Origin: Octopus sinensis
Lineage: Eukaryota
Length of the DNA stretch: 64,000 nucleotides
Assembly: GCF_006345805.1 (NCBI RefSeq)
Contig: NC_043001.1
Location: 124,372,001 to 124,436,000 of the forward strand
Direction of reading: 5' to 3'
Shown: one piece after another, positions 14,396 to 28,703 of the stretch
Numbering within the stretch: the first letter of the stretch is position 1
Layout: each line of letters opens with the position of its first letter
Made by a program: the position numbers and the translations under genes
The notes under the pieces: model-generated
Told to the model about the DNA's origin: nothing
What the model saw: only the letters and a program-made list of their open reading frames with translations
Databases searched by the model: none

Positions 14396-15016
14396 CAATC
14401 GATGAGTGATGTTACTTCTAGTGGAATTGGGTATCACAAAATCGATGCCTCGCTTTCAATAATCATTACTTTATATAAAGAAACTAGGGACAAGAAGGAA
14501 CACGACTAAAAGAAAAAAGGGGCCACGGAAAAGAACGAAAATGTGGACTATGATCAGCGATGAAGAGAAATGAATACTGTATGTGGGATACATCAGATGA
14601 AGAGAAGACAATCATTCTGTGCCCTAAAGGCACTTCTTATTCTTGGAAATAACGTATTTCAGGATCTGCAATGTTCCCGCATTAGAGTTTAATCCTCTGA
14701 ATGTGGCTATTTACATCAATGATTCTGTTACGGAAGAATTACGATGGCAAAAAGTTGTCGTAGCGTGAACTTCTAAAACACGGAACATCATTTTCAACGA
14801 AATTTATATTCATTAATTCACATGAGTGAGTGTGTGTGTGAGTGTATGTGTGCGTGTGTGTATGTATATATGTATATATATATATATATTATATATATAT
14901 ATATATATATAATATATATATAATTATGTGCATGTATATATAGGAATGTGCTGATATGTATGCACGTATATCATATGTATGTGTATGTGTGTGAACATAT
15001 TTGTAAATACGTATGG

Positions 15017-15060
<44 letters not shown>

Positions 15061-15104
15061 TTTTTGCAAACTTCATGTATACATATAAATGTGTGTATAT
15101 GTAT

Positions 15105-15149
<45 letters not shown>

Positions 15150-15609
15150 TATTATATAAACACACCCACACACATACACAGATATAAGTTTAATAGATAT
15201 AAAGCATGAAGTTAATTTAGAGGCCGTAAGAAGATAGAAAAATTGCTCTTTAAGATGCTATTGAGTTTACTGTTTAAGTTAATCCCTGACTCTTCACCTC
15301 ATCTCACAGTTAAATATCTTTGGTGCAACAGTCTATCTTTTATCATTGTATTCCTCTATACAGGAATGACAATAAGCAGATTTCTCTTGATTCAATTTTT
15401 ATTAGCTATTCAATTATAAAAGAAAATATCGTGTCTTTTATATTCTCTCGTGATGTGATTTTATAATCGGGTCATATTACATCGTAATACTTAAAGGATA
15501 TGGACAAAGAATTGCATAGATTAATTTTTTCCTGACATTTGGTTAGTTACTTAATTCTTTTTCAAGTGGCTGTGATTTTATGTATTTTAATTCACACACA
15601 CACACACAC

Positions 15610-15775
15610 AGCGTTTTACGAAAGTGTAGAGAATATAACATCAAACACACACACAAGCACACACACACACACACACACACTCACACACACACACATACAG
15701 ATAGAGAGATAGAGAGATAGATACGTACATACATACATAAATATAAGTATACATGTGTGTGTATGTGTGTGTTGG

Positions 15776-15813
<38 letters not shown>

Positions 15814-15859
15814 TGTGTGTGTGTTTGATGTTATATTCTCTACACTTTCATAAAACGCT
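15610..15859. repeat. Local inverted duplication (fold-back) embedded in (CA)n/(TG)n
   Basis: agcgtttta(c/t)gaaagtgtagagaatataacatcaaacacacacacaagcacac at 15610 pairs with its reverse complement ending at 15859. Confidence 0.9.
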
Positions 15860-16922
15860 TTTAGAGAAACTATTTTCTAAGGTGTTAAGAAAAACTAAAT
15901 TAAATTTTTGATGGAGAAAATCATTTTGTTTTTATTCAATTTTTTTTATTGCTATACTATATACTATTTGTGTGTGGTGTATGTGTGTGTGTGTGTGTGC
16001 TTGCGTGGGCGTACGAATGAATGCGCGCATGCATGCATATGCGTATATATATACGCACGTACGTATGCATGTATGTATGCGAGTATGTATGTGTTTGTGT
16101 GTATATTTGGTGGCCATACGCATTTCTGAATGTACGATTATATATTTATGTACGTCAGAGTGAATTTTTATCGACAAAAGGACATTTACATTTATTTGAT
16201 AATGCGTTACATAACACAGCTGACTCAAACTAATAGGTATGCACTCTGAGTGCTCAATTTGTTACGCCGCTGAAACACCAGTTTGAACTGCAGTTGAACA
16301 TTTGATGTTCAGAGTGCCTTTCTGAAGAGGCTAGGAGTGATTTCTCCCTGAGCAGGTAGGTATAGATTAAAACAAAAATGAAAAGGCAAGCCATTTGGCA
16401 AGACTTGACAATGATATTTAATTTAGATATATGATATCTAAATTAAATATTGGGTCTATTATTTACATTATTTACATTTGCTGGATATTTGCCCTAATCT
16501 TGTTTGTTGTTAATCTGACCTTTGAGTTTCATTAACTTCTTAATCTGGTGTCTTCGCCATTTCACATTCTTTCATGTACGACTTTTCTAGATCTTCTTGG
16601 ATTCTCTTTCTATCATAATCTCTGGTTATTTTTCCTAAGTAATGAAGATAACCTCTCTTTGATTTCCTTATTTAGTTAATGCTTTTTCCACGGTTGTAAT
16701 AGTCAAGATCCTCTCACTGACGAGGGCATGTCCTGCCCTTTTCACTACTCTTCTAGCTTTATATGAATCAACAGGTGTCATTATAGTCAAGCCAGGTTAT
16801 TAGCTTTGAGTCTCTACATCTACACGGAAAGTTAGATGGTTTGAAAGACGATCTAGTTTTTGATGGAGTTTCTCTATATATCTCCATGAAGTATAATGTC
16901 GGCTCCGTACTGATTAGATAAT

Positions 16923-17035
16923 ACAGTTCTATATTTAAGAGATGAGGAATTATGTATATTATTTACAGATGGGGACAAATATCCGTCAAATGTAAATAAT
17001 GTACATAATTCCTCATCTCTTAAATATAGAACTGT
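16923..17035. repeat. 45-bp inverted repeat with 23-bp spacer in a Penelope-type repeat fragment
   Basis: Arms 16923-16967 and 16991-17035, one mismatch. The arm sequence also occurs at ~39712-39785. Confidence 0.9.
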
Positions 17036-17038
17036 AAA

Positions 17039-18340
17039 TATTGGGTCATCCATAAACAATACGGTTTTTTTTTATACTTCTTTTATTTTCCAAAATTAAG
17101 ATAACCAAGTTCTTTTTTTATCTAAAATATACTCTTCTTCATTTTCTTCAATGCTATACCATCTATCTGTTAGATATGCAAGGCCCATATTCCAAAATTC
17201 ACTTATCCGTGACGAAAAATACACCTCCAGTACTGCTCTGACCTCGTCTACAGAATTCATATTTTTTCCGTCCAAATAATTTTATGACCGCGGAATAACT
17301 GATAATGAGATGGGGCAATGTCCGGCGAATATGGTGGGTGGAGCATAGATTCCCATTTAAACTGCTCCAGCCTTTGGAATGTCATGCTCGCTGTATGTGG
17401 CCGAGCATTATCCTGATGGAAGATCGGCGAGCTGCCACAATCATTAGCACGCTGGATGAAATGCTTAGCAGTATTTCGCCTGTTACAACGTAGTGAGTTC
17501 AGTTTTCTCCGAGGTCGATTTTGCCTTTCATCTTTTCGGGGTTGATAAATTAAGTACCACTAAAACACTGGGGACGATGTAATCGATTATCTCCCTCTCC
17601 CAAATTTCAAGTATTGTGCCTATAGTAGAAAGAATTATCCTGATAAAACAACACCTTTCGTTTTCAAACCAAAGATGGTCGTTTATCTTCTAACGCTAAC
17701 TTCAGCTGCTCATGCAACTCGCAATAAATCTCTTTTGTTATACTTTGGTTTAGATTTAAATGTTCAAAGTGGACTCAAACAGATAACAACATCTTACGTG
17801 GGTGAAGACCTTCTTTAGCCTGGGGTGCCGGTGTAACTCCTTTCCCTACCCACTGTCTTCAGTGCTTGACATTATTATAGAGAACCCATTTCTCGTTGTC
17901 ACAAGTCACTATTCACGTGAGACAGCACAGAAGGGCACACGTTCATTCTCTGCGCGCAATTGGACTTGGAAATTTTGTGAAGAACACTAAATCCAACCTT
18001 CTCTGCTAATTCCTCCACAGTTACGATAGGATTTCGCTCCACCAGGGTTTTCTGGACGTCCTCGTCGAGCTCCACAGATCTTCCAGGACGATGCTCGTCT
18101 TCTAGGCTGTAGTTCTGGCTCGGAATTTCTGGATCCACCGTTCAAACTGGCTTACGCTTATTGCTTGATCCCCATATACTGCATTAATATTTCTAGCATT
18201 TTCTGTTGTGTTGTTGCCATTATTAGAAACATAAAACAAAATATACTAAATATGCTCTTTTGTCACTTTCATTATAGCTTTGAAAAAATAACTTAAAATC
18301 GAAATGCACTCTTCAAAACTTGTGCTAAGAATAAATACAA
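17039..18340 (-). mobile_element. Decayed mariner (DD34D-type) transposon, internally deleted and interrupted by a SINE
   Basis: N-terminus NARNINAVYGD..LEDEHRPGRSVELDED..VEELAEK (17900-18230). C-terminus HQDNARPHTA..HPPYSPDIAPS (17160-17430). TIR-like tattgggtcatccataaacaatacgg at 17039. Confidence 0.85.
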
Positions 18341-19504
18341 GGTAAAAGTAAAAGCTTTTCCTCCTTTCGGGGTCGATTAAATAAGTACGAGTTACGCACT
18401 GGGGTCGATGTAGTCGACTTAATCCGTTTGTCTGTCCTTGTTTGTCCCCTCTGTGTTTAGCCCCTAAAGAAATAGGTATTATGTCTCTCTTTACATTCCG
18501 CCGAGGTCATCTTTGCCTTTCATTCTTTCGGCGTCGAGTCTATCTAATCGACTGGCCGCCTCCCCCAAATTTACGGGCCTTGTGCCTAGAGTAGAAAAGT
18601 ATATGTAAGTATATATAAATATTTGCGTGTATGTGTGTACGAATCTCACACTCCCCCTCTCTCTCTCTCTCCCTCTCTCTCCCCCACTCTCCCTCTCCCC
18701 CTCTCTCTCTCTCTCTCTCTCTGCGTGCGTGCGTGTGTGTATGTGTAGGTCCTACTCCTTTGCTGTTACATTTAAGTCATTGGAGTACGGCCACCACCAG
18801 AACGTCGTAATTTGTAAACCTACAAACATCTCAGTAAGCATTCATCAGCATTTTTCAATATTTATAGCCTCCATATTAGCCTACGTATTCAATAATTTCC
18901 ATAAATAATCGCGTAAAAATACCTATTTAGCGTTTGTACATGGCCTGATTCTGTCAAAGCGGAATCGAGTCATGCACCACCAGGAAAATTCAGCAGACGA
19001 AACAGTACAATTTACATGGCACTACTTCGCAAGCGCAAAATGACTTTAGATGATTGAAAACTGTTTCGTACGAACCGAGATATAAATCACAAGAAATGAA
19101 GGAAAAATCGCGTTTAACATATTTATCTGTTTTCGAAATTACAGTTACCAGGAGTAAAACACACCTGCGTGTTAATAATAACTCGGGAACATTCAGTATA
19201 GAATGTAGACACACACACACACACACACACACATACACACACACACACAAACATACGCACGCACATTATATCATACACACACGCACACAGGTTTATTTAT
19301 ATTGGACCTAATACATTCCAATACGGCTGAAGCGTTTGTATATACCGTTAACGATAAGGTAAGGCAATTTAAAACTACTGCGACGTTATTCTACCTGATT
19401 AATATGATCGGAGTTAATTGAATTAAACCACATCAAACGGACACGTCTGATATAATGTGTATGTGTCTATTATATATATATATATATATATATATATTCA
19501 CATA

Positions 19505-19915
19505 TTCTGTTATTGGCTTCAGTCATTTGACTGCGGACATCTGGAGCACCGCATTAAGTCAAAAATACGACCTCAGGACTTATCTTTTGTAAGCCTAGTA
19601 CTTATTCTATCGGTTTCTTTTGCTGAAACGCTAAGTTACGGGGAGGTAAACACACCAACATCGGTTGTCAAGCGATGGTGGGGAGACCACATATATTGTA
19701 TATATATATATAATATTATATATATATAATATAAATATATGTTATATATACAACGGACTCTTTCAGTTTCCGTCTACCAATCCACTCACAAGGCTTCCAC
19801 TATAGCCTGAGGCTATAGTAGAAGACACTTCCCCAAGGTGCCACGCTGTGGAACTGAACCCAGAACCATATGGTTGAGCAGCAAGCTTCTTCCCCACACA
19901 CCCAACCCAAGCCTG
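19505..19915 (-). mobile_element. Bipartite tRNA/CORE-like SINE with internal microsatellite (family C)
   Basis: Head ~19750-19915, (TA)n spacer, tail ~19505-19690. Matches the 47060-47470 copy. Confidence 0.8.
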
Positions 19916-19921
19916 TTTGTG

Positions 19922-19969
<48 letters not shown>

Positions 19970-20013
19970 TGCATACACACACATAGATATGAACTGTCTG
20001 AGTTTTTATATAT

Positions 20014-20061
<48 letters not shown>

Positions 20062-20619
20062 ATATATATATATCTCACGCATACACCTATGTATATATAG
20101 ATATATACATATACATTCATACTTAATGCTGCACACACATAGTTTAATTCTGTGTATATGTAATTGTTCATGTATATAAAGATGTGGTCAGGACTGCTTG
20201 TCTGTATATGTCTACATGTCTATGAAGATACGACTGTGCGTTTTGTGTGTTTGTCTGTGTAGGTGAATGTGTGTGTATGAGTGTGTAGGTGTGTGAGTAT
20301 GTTGTGTGCGTGTGTGTTTGTGTGTGTGTGTAAGTGAATATATACGCACTTATGAATATGCGTATATGCGAATGTATGTATGAATGTGTTTCCGTTTTTC
20401 ATGCAGAAATACATCACATGAATCGATATTAACTATATTAGTATGCAGTTTACAATAGATGCTCCTACTTCAGTATTTCCCTGTTGCTACTCAGAAATAT
20501 ATACTTGGTGTCGCTGTTGGCGTTATGGTAGTTCATTTGATGGCTACTAGTCTAATTCTTCAACTTCTATTTACTTTGTTGCCATCCTTGTTCCTTCGTT
20601 GAATGACCTGCACACATAT

Positions 20620-20720
<101 letters not shown>

Positions 20721-21143
20721 TATATATATATATCTATATATACATACATACGTACATACATATACAAAACACACACACACACATATGTGTGTATATGTAC
20801 GAAGGACTTTCAGTTTCCGTCTACCAAATCCACTCACAAGGTTTTGGTCGGCCCGAAGCTATAGTAGAAGGTTCTTTCTCAAGGTTTCACGAAGTGGAAT
20901 AGAGTGGTGCCTTGGGTTATTCTTTTATATCTGAAGGTTGTCTAATTGAAAAGTAAAAAGAATCAAGTATCACCTAAACAAAGAGAAATGAGTTCTTAAG
21001 ATAAAGTCCAGTTTTGAGTTTTATTTTCTATGGTCTCTCTCATCTATTTGGCTCAGTAGAATACCACCAAAATTGTGTTTCTACACAAAGCATCAAGAGC
21101 CAATTAGGGTAATGGAATCAGTCATTAGCAAAGTTTTACCTAT

Positions 21144-22268
21144 AATAGGAACTGAACTCAAAATTTCAAATTCATGAAATACTTGTTAATTATAGAAAGG
21201 TCTGCTGGCGACTGTTGCGGGATTTATCTGCAGGTCTGTCACAAACCTGTAGATTTATCCCGGTTTATATAATGTACAATTGACCGAGAGGTTACTATTC
21301 TCCCTACCAACCCACGAATCGAAACATAACGCCCAGTCCATCCTAGAGTGAAATTCGAGTCCTTATCGCCGCCGCCCCAAACGCCCACGCCGCGGCGGCT
21401 TAGCCACTGCTACTGATGATAGTGCTCATTTTTAGTTAAATGAACTGAAGTAACGAGAAACAAAGTGCCTTGCTCAAGGTCACAAAGTATCTCCCGAACC
21501 AGGAATCGAAGCCACAACCTGATGATAGAGAGTCCAGTTGCTTAATAACTAAGTCTGATTTAATTAAAACTGAATCCTATTTACAGTCACTTGGACTGTG
21601 TCATTTGATATTTAAATGTCTTCGCCATAGAAATCATAGATGCCTTAGAAGAATCATACTTAGCTGGTATTGATTGATGCAGTAAGCTACTACTAAGAAA
21701 TCGACACAAAGGAAAACGCTTGATGCATCAAGCTTCAACCTAGCTACAAGGCTTTATATGAATTCACTATTTGAAAACGATATACTGTGATATATGAGAT
21801 TCATTTCAAGTCGAAGGTAAACGTTCGTTTTTATCAAGGAATCATTGAAAAATTAGAAATTTTTAAAATAATTTTTGACAGTATTATTCCTATTTCGATT
21901 CCTGGTTCGGGAGATACTTTGTGACCTTGAGCAAGGCACTTTGTTTCTCGTTACTTCAGTTCATTTAACTAAAACTGAGCACTATCATCAGTAGCAGTGG
22001 CTACGCCGCGGCAGCGTGGGCATTTGGGGCGGCGGTGGCGACAGTGACTCGAATTTCACCCTAGGATGGACTGGCGTTGTGTTTCGATTCGTGGGTTGGT
22101 AGGGAGAATAGTAACCTCTCGGTCAATTGTACATTATGTTAACTGGGATAAATCTACAGGTTTGTGACAGACCTGCAGATAAATACCGCAACAGTCGTCA
22201 GCAGACCTTTCTATAATTAACAAGTATTTCATGAATTTGAAATTTTGAGTTCACTTCCTATTTCGATT
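21144..22268. repeat. ~365-bp inverted duplication (arms 21144-21510 and 21894-22262) with a 14-bp direct repeat around the right arm
   Basis: Arms align end to end with scattered substitutions. ttcctatttcgatt occurs at 21887-21900 and 22255-22268. Confidence 0.95.
21400..21555 (-). mobile_element. Old CORE-like tRNA-derived SINE
   Basis: Minus strand reads box A/B-like head, then ttcgattcctgg...gtgaccttgagcaaggcacttt, which resembles the CORE domain. Confidence 0.55.
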
Positions 22269-22779
22269 AGATTATTATTACAGAACCAAGTCATTCCTGT
22301 ACTTGCACTCCCATGGTTATATCATCAAGCGAAATCCAACAGATGTACATGCAACATCGATTGTTTTACATTTATCGTAGATTAGGTTTCTGTACTGATA
22401 TTGTTAATAATGAATCTATTTTCTGAGAGTCACGTTGTCGAAAGCAATATGTATGTTTTGCTAGTGGATATATGAATACAATTTCCGTTTATACGATATA
22501 ACGCTACTATCTATATACTATTATTTTACCGATTTCTCTTCAACATCAGAAGAGAAAGCCTGTTAGTTGAAGCTATAAACAGGGACATGAATTGCGTAGC
22601 TTCGGGAGGAAATGGAATGGAATGATTAAAAAAACAAAAAAAGTACACACATCTTTTCTGTCTCTCTTCTGTACTCCGCCTCCACATACACGCACATGTA
22701 TATACGTACTCATGCATGTATGTGTGTGTGTTTGTAAGTGTATATATATATATATATACAATACATACATACATACTTT

Positions 22780-22832
<53 letters not shown>

Positions 22833-22899
22833 AATAGTAAAAGTGAAAAGACTACAGAAGGCTAGTTTTAAAAGGTTAAAAAAATATATTTGAGTCAAT

Positions 22900-24165
22900 A
22901 TGTCTGAAGAATATTATAAATTTTTTCTTACAATGACATAATTTAGAAGAAATGACCGGTTTCGCGTTTAGCTTTTCAAATTTCTTACGTCGTTATGTTT
23001 ATGTTGAGAAGAGTTATCGTTATGTTATGTTGAAGAGAGTTCTAGATAAGGGGAGGTAATAAGTGATTTCTTCCGGTGGTAAGGGAGATAATCGCTTAAA
23101 ATTTTTGGCCTTTCCTTTGGGGTGAATTTCTCTGTATAAGTATGTTGGGATGGTTAAGTCTGGGCTTGTACTTTTCAATGAGAATGTTTCCTTGTTTAGT
23201 CTAATTTGTGTTGGTGTTCCGATAGCACATTGGTAAAATGGAAAGATTAAAATTGTGGTAGTAGTTGCTTTGCGCATTTCTCAATGTGCTCACTAAAAGG
23301 TATCATTCTGTATTCTGGGAATGCAATCTGTTGTCGATGCAGTGTGCATCTACGTCTTAGTGATAGTCCCGTGGATCCCACGTAGTCTTGGTGGCAGCCC
23401 GAGCATTTTATGACATAAATTATGTTTTCAGAGGCACAAGTAAAATTAGATTTGATCTTGAATTTCTGTCCCTCTTTGAAGAGGAATTCTGATCCTTCTA
23501 GCAGGTTTGGACATGTTGCACAGTTCGGTCTACCACATTTTTTTACTTTTGCATCCATAATTTCAGAAAGCAATTTTGCCTTTGTGAGAATCTTTTTAAG
23601 TGATTTAGGTTGTTTGTAGCTTTTAATGATTTGGTTATGTTTAGAATTTCCTTTAATTTGGGGTCCTTATGAAGTATTGGTAATTCTGGGTGATGATGGT
23701 GAAGGCTTCTTTGTTTCTGGGGTTGTATGTGGATATGTAAGGTAGTATTTTCTGGGAAGGTGTGTTGTTGTGTTGAACTTTTCTTAAAGTTTCTATGTTG
23801 ATTTCTGTTGCACGTCTGATCCCATCCTCTATGAGTTGAGCTGGGTAATGTCTGTCAATTAGGATGTTTTTGAGTTCTTGCAGTCTAAAGTGCCTGGTAT
23901 TTTGTTCTGACACTATTGTGCATATCCTTCTTGCAAGGTTGAAGGGGATGTTTGTTTTAGTGTGTCTTGGGTGGCATGAATTAAAAAGAAGGTATTGTTT
24001 GGCGTCTGTGGCTTTGTAAAATATGTCTGTTTCTATTTTAAGGTTACTTTTCTTAATTAGTATATCCAAGAATGGGAGCTCCTTTTGGTTGTATTCCATT
24101 CTGAACTGTATATTTGGGTTTATGCTGTTCAATAGGTTTTTAAATTTTAGGAGTTTATCTGTTAG
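22900..24165 (-). mobile_element. 5'-truncated Penelope-like element (Neptune-like): RT thumb, GIY-YIG endonuclease, 3' pseudo-LTR with hammerhead
   Basis: LPFLDI..ETDIFYKATDAKQYLLFNSCHPRHTKTNIPFNLARRI; CGRPNCATC linker; IYVIKC..YVGST..HRQ..H. Hammerhead at 22947-22986. Confidence 0.9.
22947..22986 (-). ncRNA. Minimal type-I hammerhead ribozyme, U3:A8 core variant
   Basis: Minus strand aagaaat-TTGAAAA-gc taaac gc-GAAA-C-CG-GTC-atttctt. Perfect 7-bp helix I, G10.1:C11.1 pair, palindromic ACCGGT, GUC cleavage triplet. Confidence 0.7.
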
Positions 24166-24237
24166 TTAAAGTTAAAGGAAGAGAGGGCCAAGAAATGTGA
24201 GAGACGGATATAGATACATACACACCACACAACACAC

Positions 24238-24319
<82 letters not shown>

Positions 24320-26404
24320 GGATAATATCGATATTTAAATATCGATATTATCAAGTGGCAAGCATGGGAAAAATACCATACAAAGGTAATAATTTTTTAC
24401 AACTAAAAATAGGGTGTATGAGAGTGTCTAAGGGTGTCTTATCTCATGTGTCGATATTGAACATTTAACGTGGTTTTTAGAGTCAGGATTTGACTGCTAT
24501 TTCGGCATGGTGGTGTCCCTTATTTTTAGTTATATATATATATATATATATATATTATGTGTGTTTGTGTGTATGTATATATATATATATTTATATATAT
24601 ATATATATACATACATATACATGGCAATAGGGTCATTGCGTGTTAATTGAATATATTAGAATAGTACCATATCACCAAAGTGCTGGCTATCATCCAAATA
24701 GCAAAATAACCAATATAAAATTTTGCTATTTGGAAGATAACCTGATTGCAGTGATACACTGATGCTTCAGAAAGAAGTGATTCTTTAATTTTAATTTTTT
24801 TTATTTTTCATATGGGAGCACAGAGTTAAGATTAATCTAGATGAAAGGTTAAATGAACGAAGAAAAGTGGATTATTCCTTATCTCGAAACATCTATAGAT
24901 ATTGTTTTTATCCGCAGATTACTCCTGGTCGGGTAGATTTATAATGAAATCATACGGGCAGTGACAATCTATGAGGATTGCGATAAGTTTTTTGATAGTA
25001 TCGGATTGGGTCATGATTTAAATGGAAAAACCAATTGAAGTGAGAACAATAATTACGGCGTCTTTGATATATTTGTTAGCTTTTTTATATTAGTAATGTT
25101 GTAATCAATGCCAGCCGTTATTGCCGCTGATACAAAATTTCACGTGATGAAAAGTAGTTCTGCATACTTCTCGGAGTGGCCGCAATCGAAATGAATTTCT
25201 CAACATAGCGCCAGGAATCTCTGCCCGACCCCATTAGGCTTGGTAGGCCTTTCGACCTGTGTGTTTCTACTGATAACATAAATGTACTTGAGATTATTCC
25301 TCCTCTATAATTGTACATAAATGTTCAAAATATAGCATCAGAATTTAAAATATAATGCAGCCTGTTGTTTAGCACAACAGAAATGGACTGCAAAGCCTAT
25401 TCACGTCGAACATCAATTGTAGGGGTAGACAGAAAGTCTCCATAAATCCCTGGATTACCAGGGATTTATGTGAAAGACTCGAAGATGTCAAATAAATGTT
25501 GTTTGCTTCTATTTATAAAAGGAAATAAAATAAGTCACAGATCTAGAGTCTGTTAGATTGTCATAATTATAAAGAAGAAAGTTGAAGTATATCTAAAAAG
25601 ATCCTTTACGCTTGAACGTCTATATTTGCTAGTACTAGTAGAAACCAAATATAAACTTAGTTTTTTTTTATTTAAAACTTCCTTACGTACATATTTTATG
25701 GTTCTTACACCATGGAATCGTAGCTGAATAGTAACTACAATAAAAAACGTTATTTTTTAAATTCACTATATGTTATATGAAAGACGATGAATTAGCTACT
25801 ACTGCTACAAATTACCACTTACATATTCACGTGTACACACAAGCACGCACGCACACAGTTAATTTATTAACTTCATTCGATCTCAGTCCTTCATTGGTAT
25901 TTATTTTATCAACCTCGCAATAATGACAAAGTTACCCTCACTCGGATTCGAACACTGAACACGTATCAAGGGTATATTATCATGTCTGTACACCCAGTCT
26001 GTATTCTGTATCTGTAAACCCATGCGTATAACCCTTTCGCGTCCCATCCATCTTTGTATATTTACTCTGACTATGCTTGCATCGGCAACATTTTCATGGG
26101 ATACCGAAATACAGCAAGTACTAGAAAAAACGAGATTCGTGATTACGAGTTGTATCTAACCGCCTGAACAACGATGCGCAACGGTCAAACAAGGATCAAA
26201 GATCAATGCGCAACAGCCAGACAAATTAACCGGATTCCATATAAATATGGACTATTCCACGGAATACATCGTGCAACACTATAGTCTGATTGTTGTGTCG
26301 GCCTATTGAGTTAGAGAGTGGACAGTCCTACAAATATATTTGGATAATCTACCGTTGTATAATGAATATCAACGAACCTACAAGGAAGTTATGAAAAGTA
26401 CATG

Positions 26405-26825
26405 GCTTTACTATTTTACTCTTTTACTCTTTTACTTGTTTCAGTCATTTGACTGCGGCCATGCTGGAGCACCGCCTTTTGTCGAGCAAATCGACCCCGG
26501 GACTTATTCTTTGTAAGCCCAGTACTTATTCTATCGGTCCCTTTTGCCGAACCGCTAAGTGACGGGGACGTAAAGACACCAGCATCGGTTGTCAAGCAAT
26601 GCTAGGGGGACAAACACAAACATATACAACACACACTTATATATATATATATATATATACATATATGCGACAGGCTTCTTTCAGTTTCTGTCTACCAAAT
26701 CTACTCACAAGGCATTGGTCGGCCCGGGGCTATAGCAGAAGACACTTGCCCAAGATGCCACGCAGTGGGACTGAACCCGGAACCATGTGGTTGGTTAGCA
26801 AGCTACTTACCACACAGCCACTCCT
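26405..26825 (-). mobile_element. Bipartite tRNA/CORE-like SINE with internal microsatellite (family C), near full length
   Basis: Reverse complement of 47060-47470. (ttttactc)n 3' tail at ~26410. Confidence 0.9.
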
Positions 26826-27698
26826 TTGGGTAAAAGAAAATAGAAGAATATCATTTAATTATGATTTTACTTAACATATCCCCTTCTCCACTTATTGCAG
26901 CGGTCCGTTAGTTTTTCTAAGGGTTGTAAAAGAACTCGGAAGGTTGGGCCTCCAACACGGCCTTTTGTGATACCTTTAAAGCCAGGAATTTTTCTTCATC
27001 CCCTCGTACATTCTGGCATGCGACAGCGTGTAAGGGGGGGGAACAATGCAACTTTAGAAAGTGGGTGCAGTTTGTCACACTAATATGGAAGTATTTGTTG
27101 ATGTATGTATGTACCAATATGTGCACCGAAGTTCCTGGGTAAACATATATGTAAGTACGACTGTATCTCTCTATGTGCGGAGGTGGGGTATTCGAGAATT
27201 TGCATGTGTGTGTGTGTGTGTGTTTGTGTGTGAATACTTAGGTTCAGCGTCGTGTGTGTATACGGGACATTAATGCGTGCGAGTTATAAGTTACGGATAG
27301 GCGAGGATAGTACATCTCGCCCACGACCGACTACAGAAAATCTTATATGCATACACCTTGTTTGTCGATCAGACAGCAGATTGGCTGAACCTAGTGCTAT
27401 AGGTTTGACCACTTAGCCTCCCTGATAGCGATACATAACAGAAATGACAGTACTGTGTCTGCTATTCTTGATGATGATCTGGTAGAATCGTTAGCTCGCC
27501 TGACAAAAGGCTTTGCGGTATTTCTTCGAGGTCGGCTTTGCCTATCATATTTTTGGGGTTAATAAAACATGTACCAGTTGATTATTAAATTCGATATAAT
27601 TTACTCTCCCTACCCCTAATTTGCTGGCATTGAGCCAACATAATAATAATAATATAATAATATTAATAATAATAATAGCAATAATAATAATAATGATG

Positions 27699-27750
<52 letters not shown>

Positions 27751-28050
27751 TAATAATAATCGGTTCTACTATAGGCACAAAACTTGGAATTTTAGTGGAA
27801 GTGCCAAGTCGATTACATCGACACCAGTTTTGACAAAATTTTGTATTTTAGAAGTTATTTCGACAGAAGTTACAGAGTGACAATAGAATGTGTCACATAG
27901 AACAGAGTTTACTCTTAACGTTTTTGACATTATTTTGTCTTTCAGAATTATTTCTTCAGAGGTTACAGAGTGACAATGGACAAATTCGTGTTTGATAAGT
28001 GTTAATACCCGAAACTCTCAGTTTTTGACCTACTCTCTAACTTCTGCCGA

Positions 28051-28112
<62 letters not shown>

Positions 28113-28670
28113 CATATATGTGTAAAAAAATATCTCATCACGCAATCGAACCAATAAAAGAGCCTCTACGTGGTCGCTCGAAACGCCTAAAATACCAACC
28201 TAAATCACACGCCCATTGCACGTAATGTCCTAGATTATCACTAAAAAGACAGTTTGCTAAAGGCTGGAATGTCTTTGATGATAGGTTTGCTGTATAAGGG
28301 TAGATTTCACTAAGAAAAAAACAAAACATTGGATTTTTTGCGTGGAATCAAGTACACTCACCTCCTAATATGCTGCAAACCCCTTATTCTGATTCGAAAA
28401 AAAATGGGGCGGGAAACATTGGAATTTTTTTTTTCGGGAAATGAATTCCTGTGACCTTCTAATATGCTACAATCCCTTTTGGCGGGGGGTCCAAAAAACG
28501 GGGTGGGGTGATGTGGAAGGCTATTTTTATATCTTAGTGCAAATCGTGCGGGTGAAAAGATCAACGGGGTGAGGTGGGGTGAAATTTCTCTGGCTTCAGA
28601 TAAGCCCAAGCGCCTATCTGTCTGTCGATATACTATATATATATGTGTGTGTTTACATACATAAATACAT

Positions 28671-28703
<33 letters not shown>

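Noticed and set aside
25100-25330. Possible hAT transposase C-terminal remnant (AAIEMNFST*R)
   Set aside because: Similarity is too weak to call by eye; it needs an HMM search.
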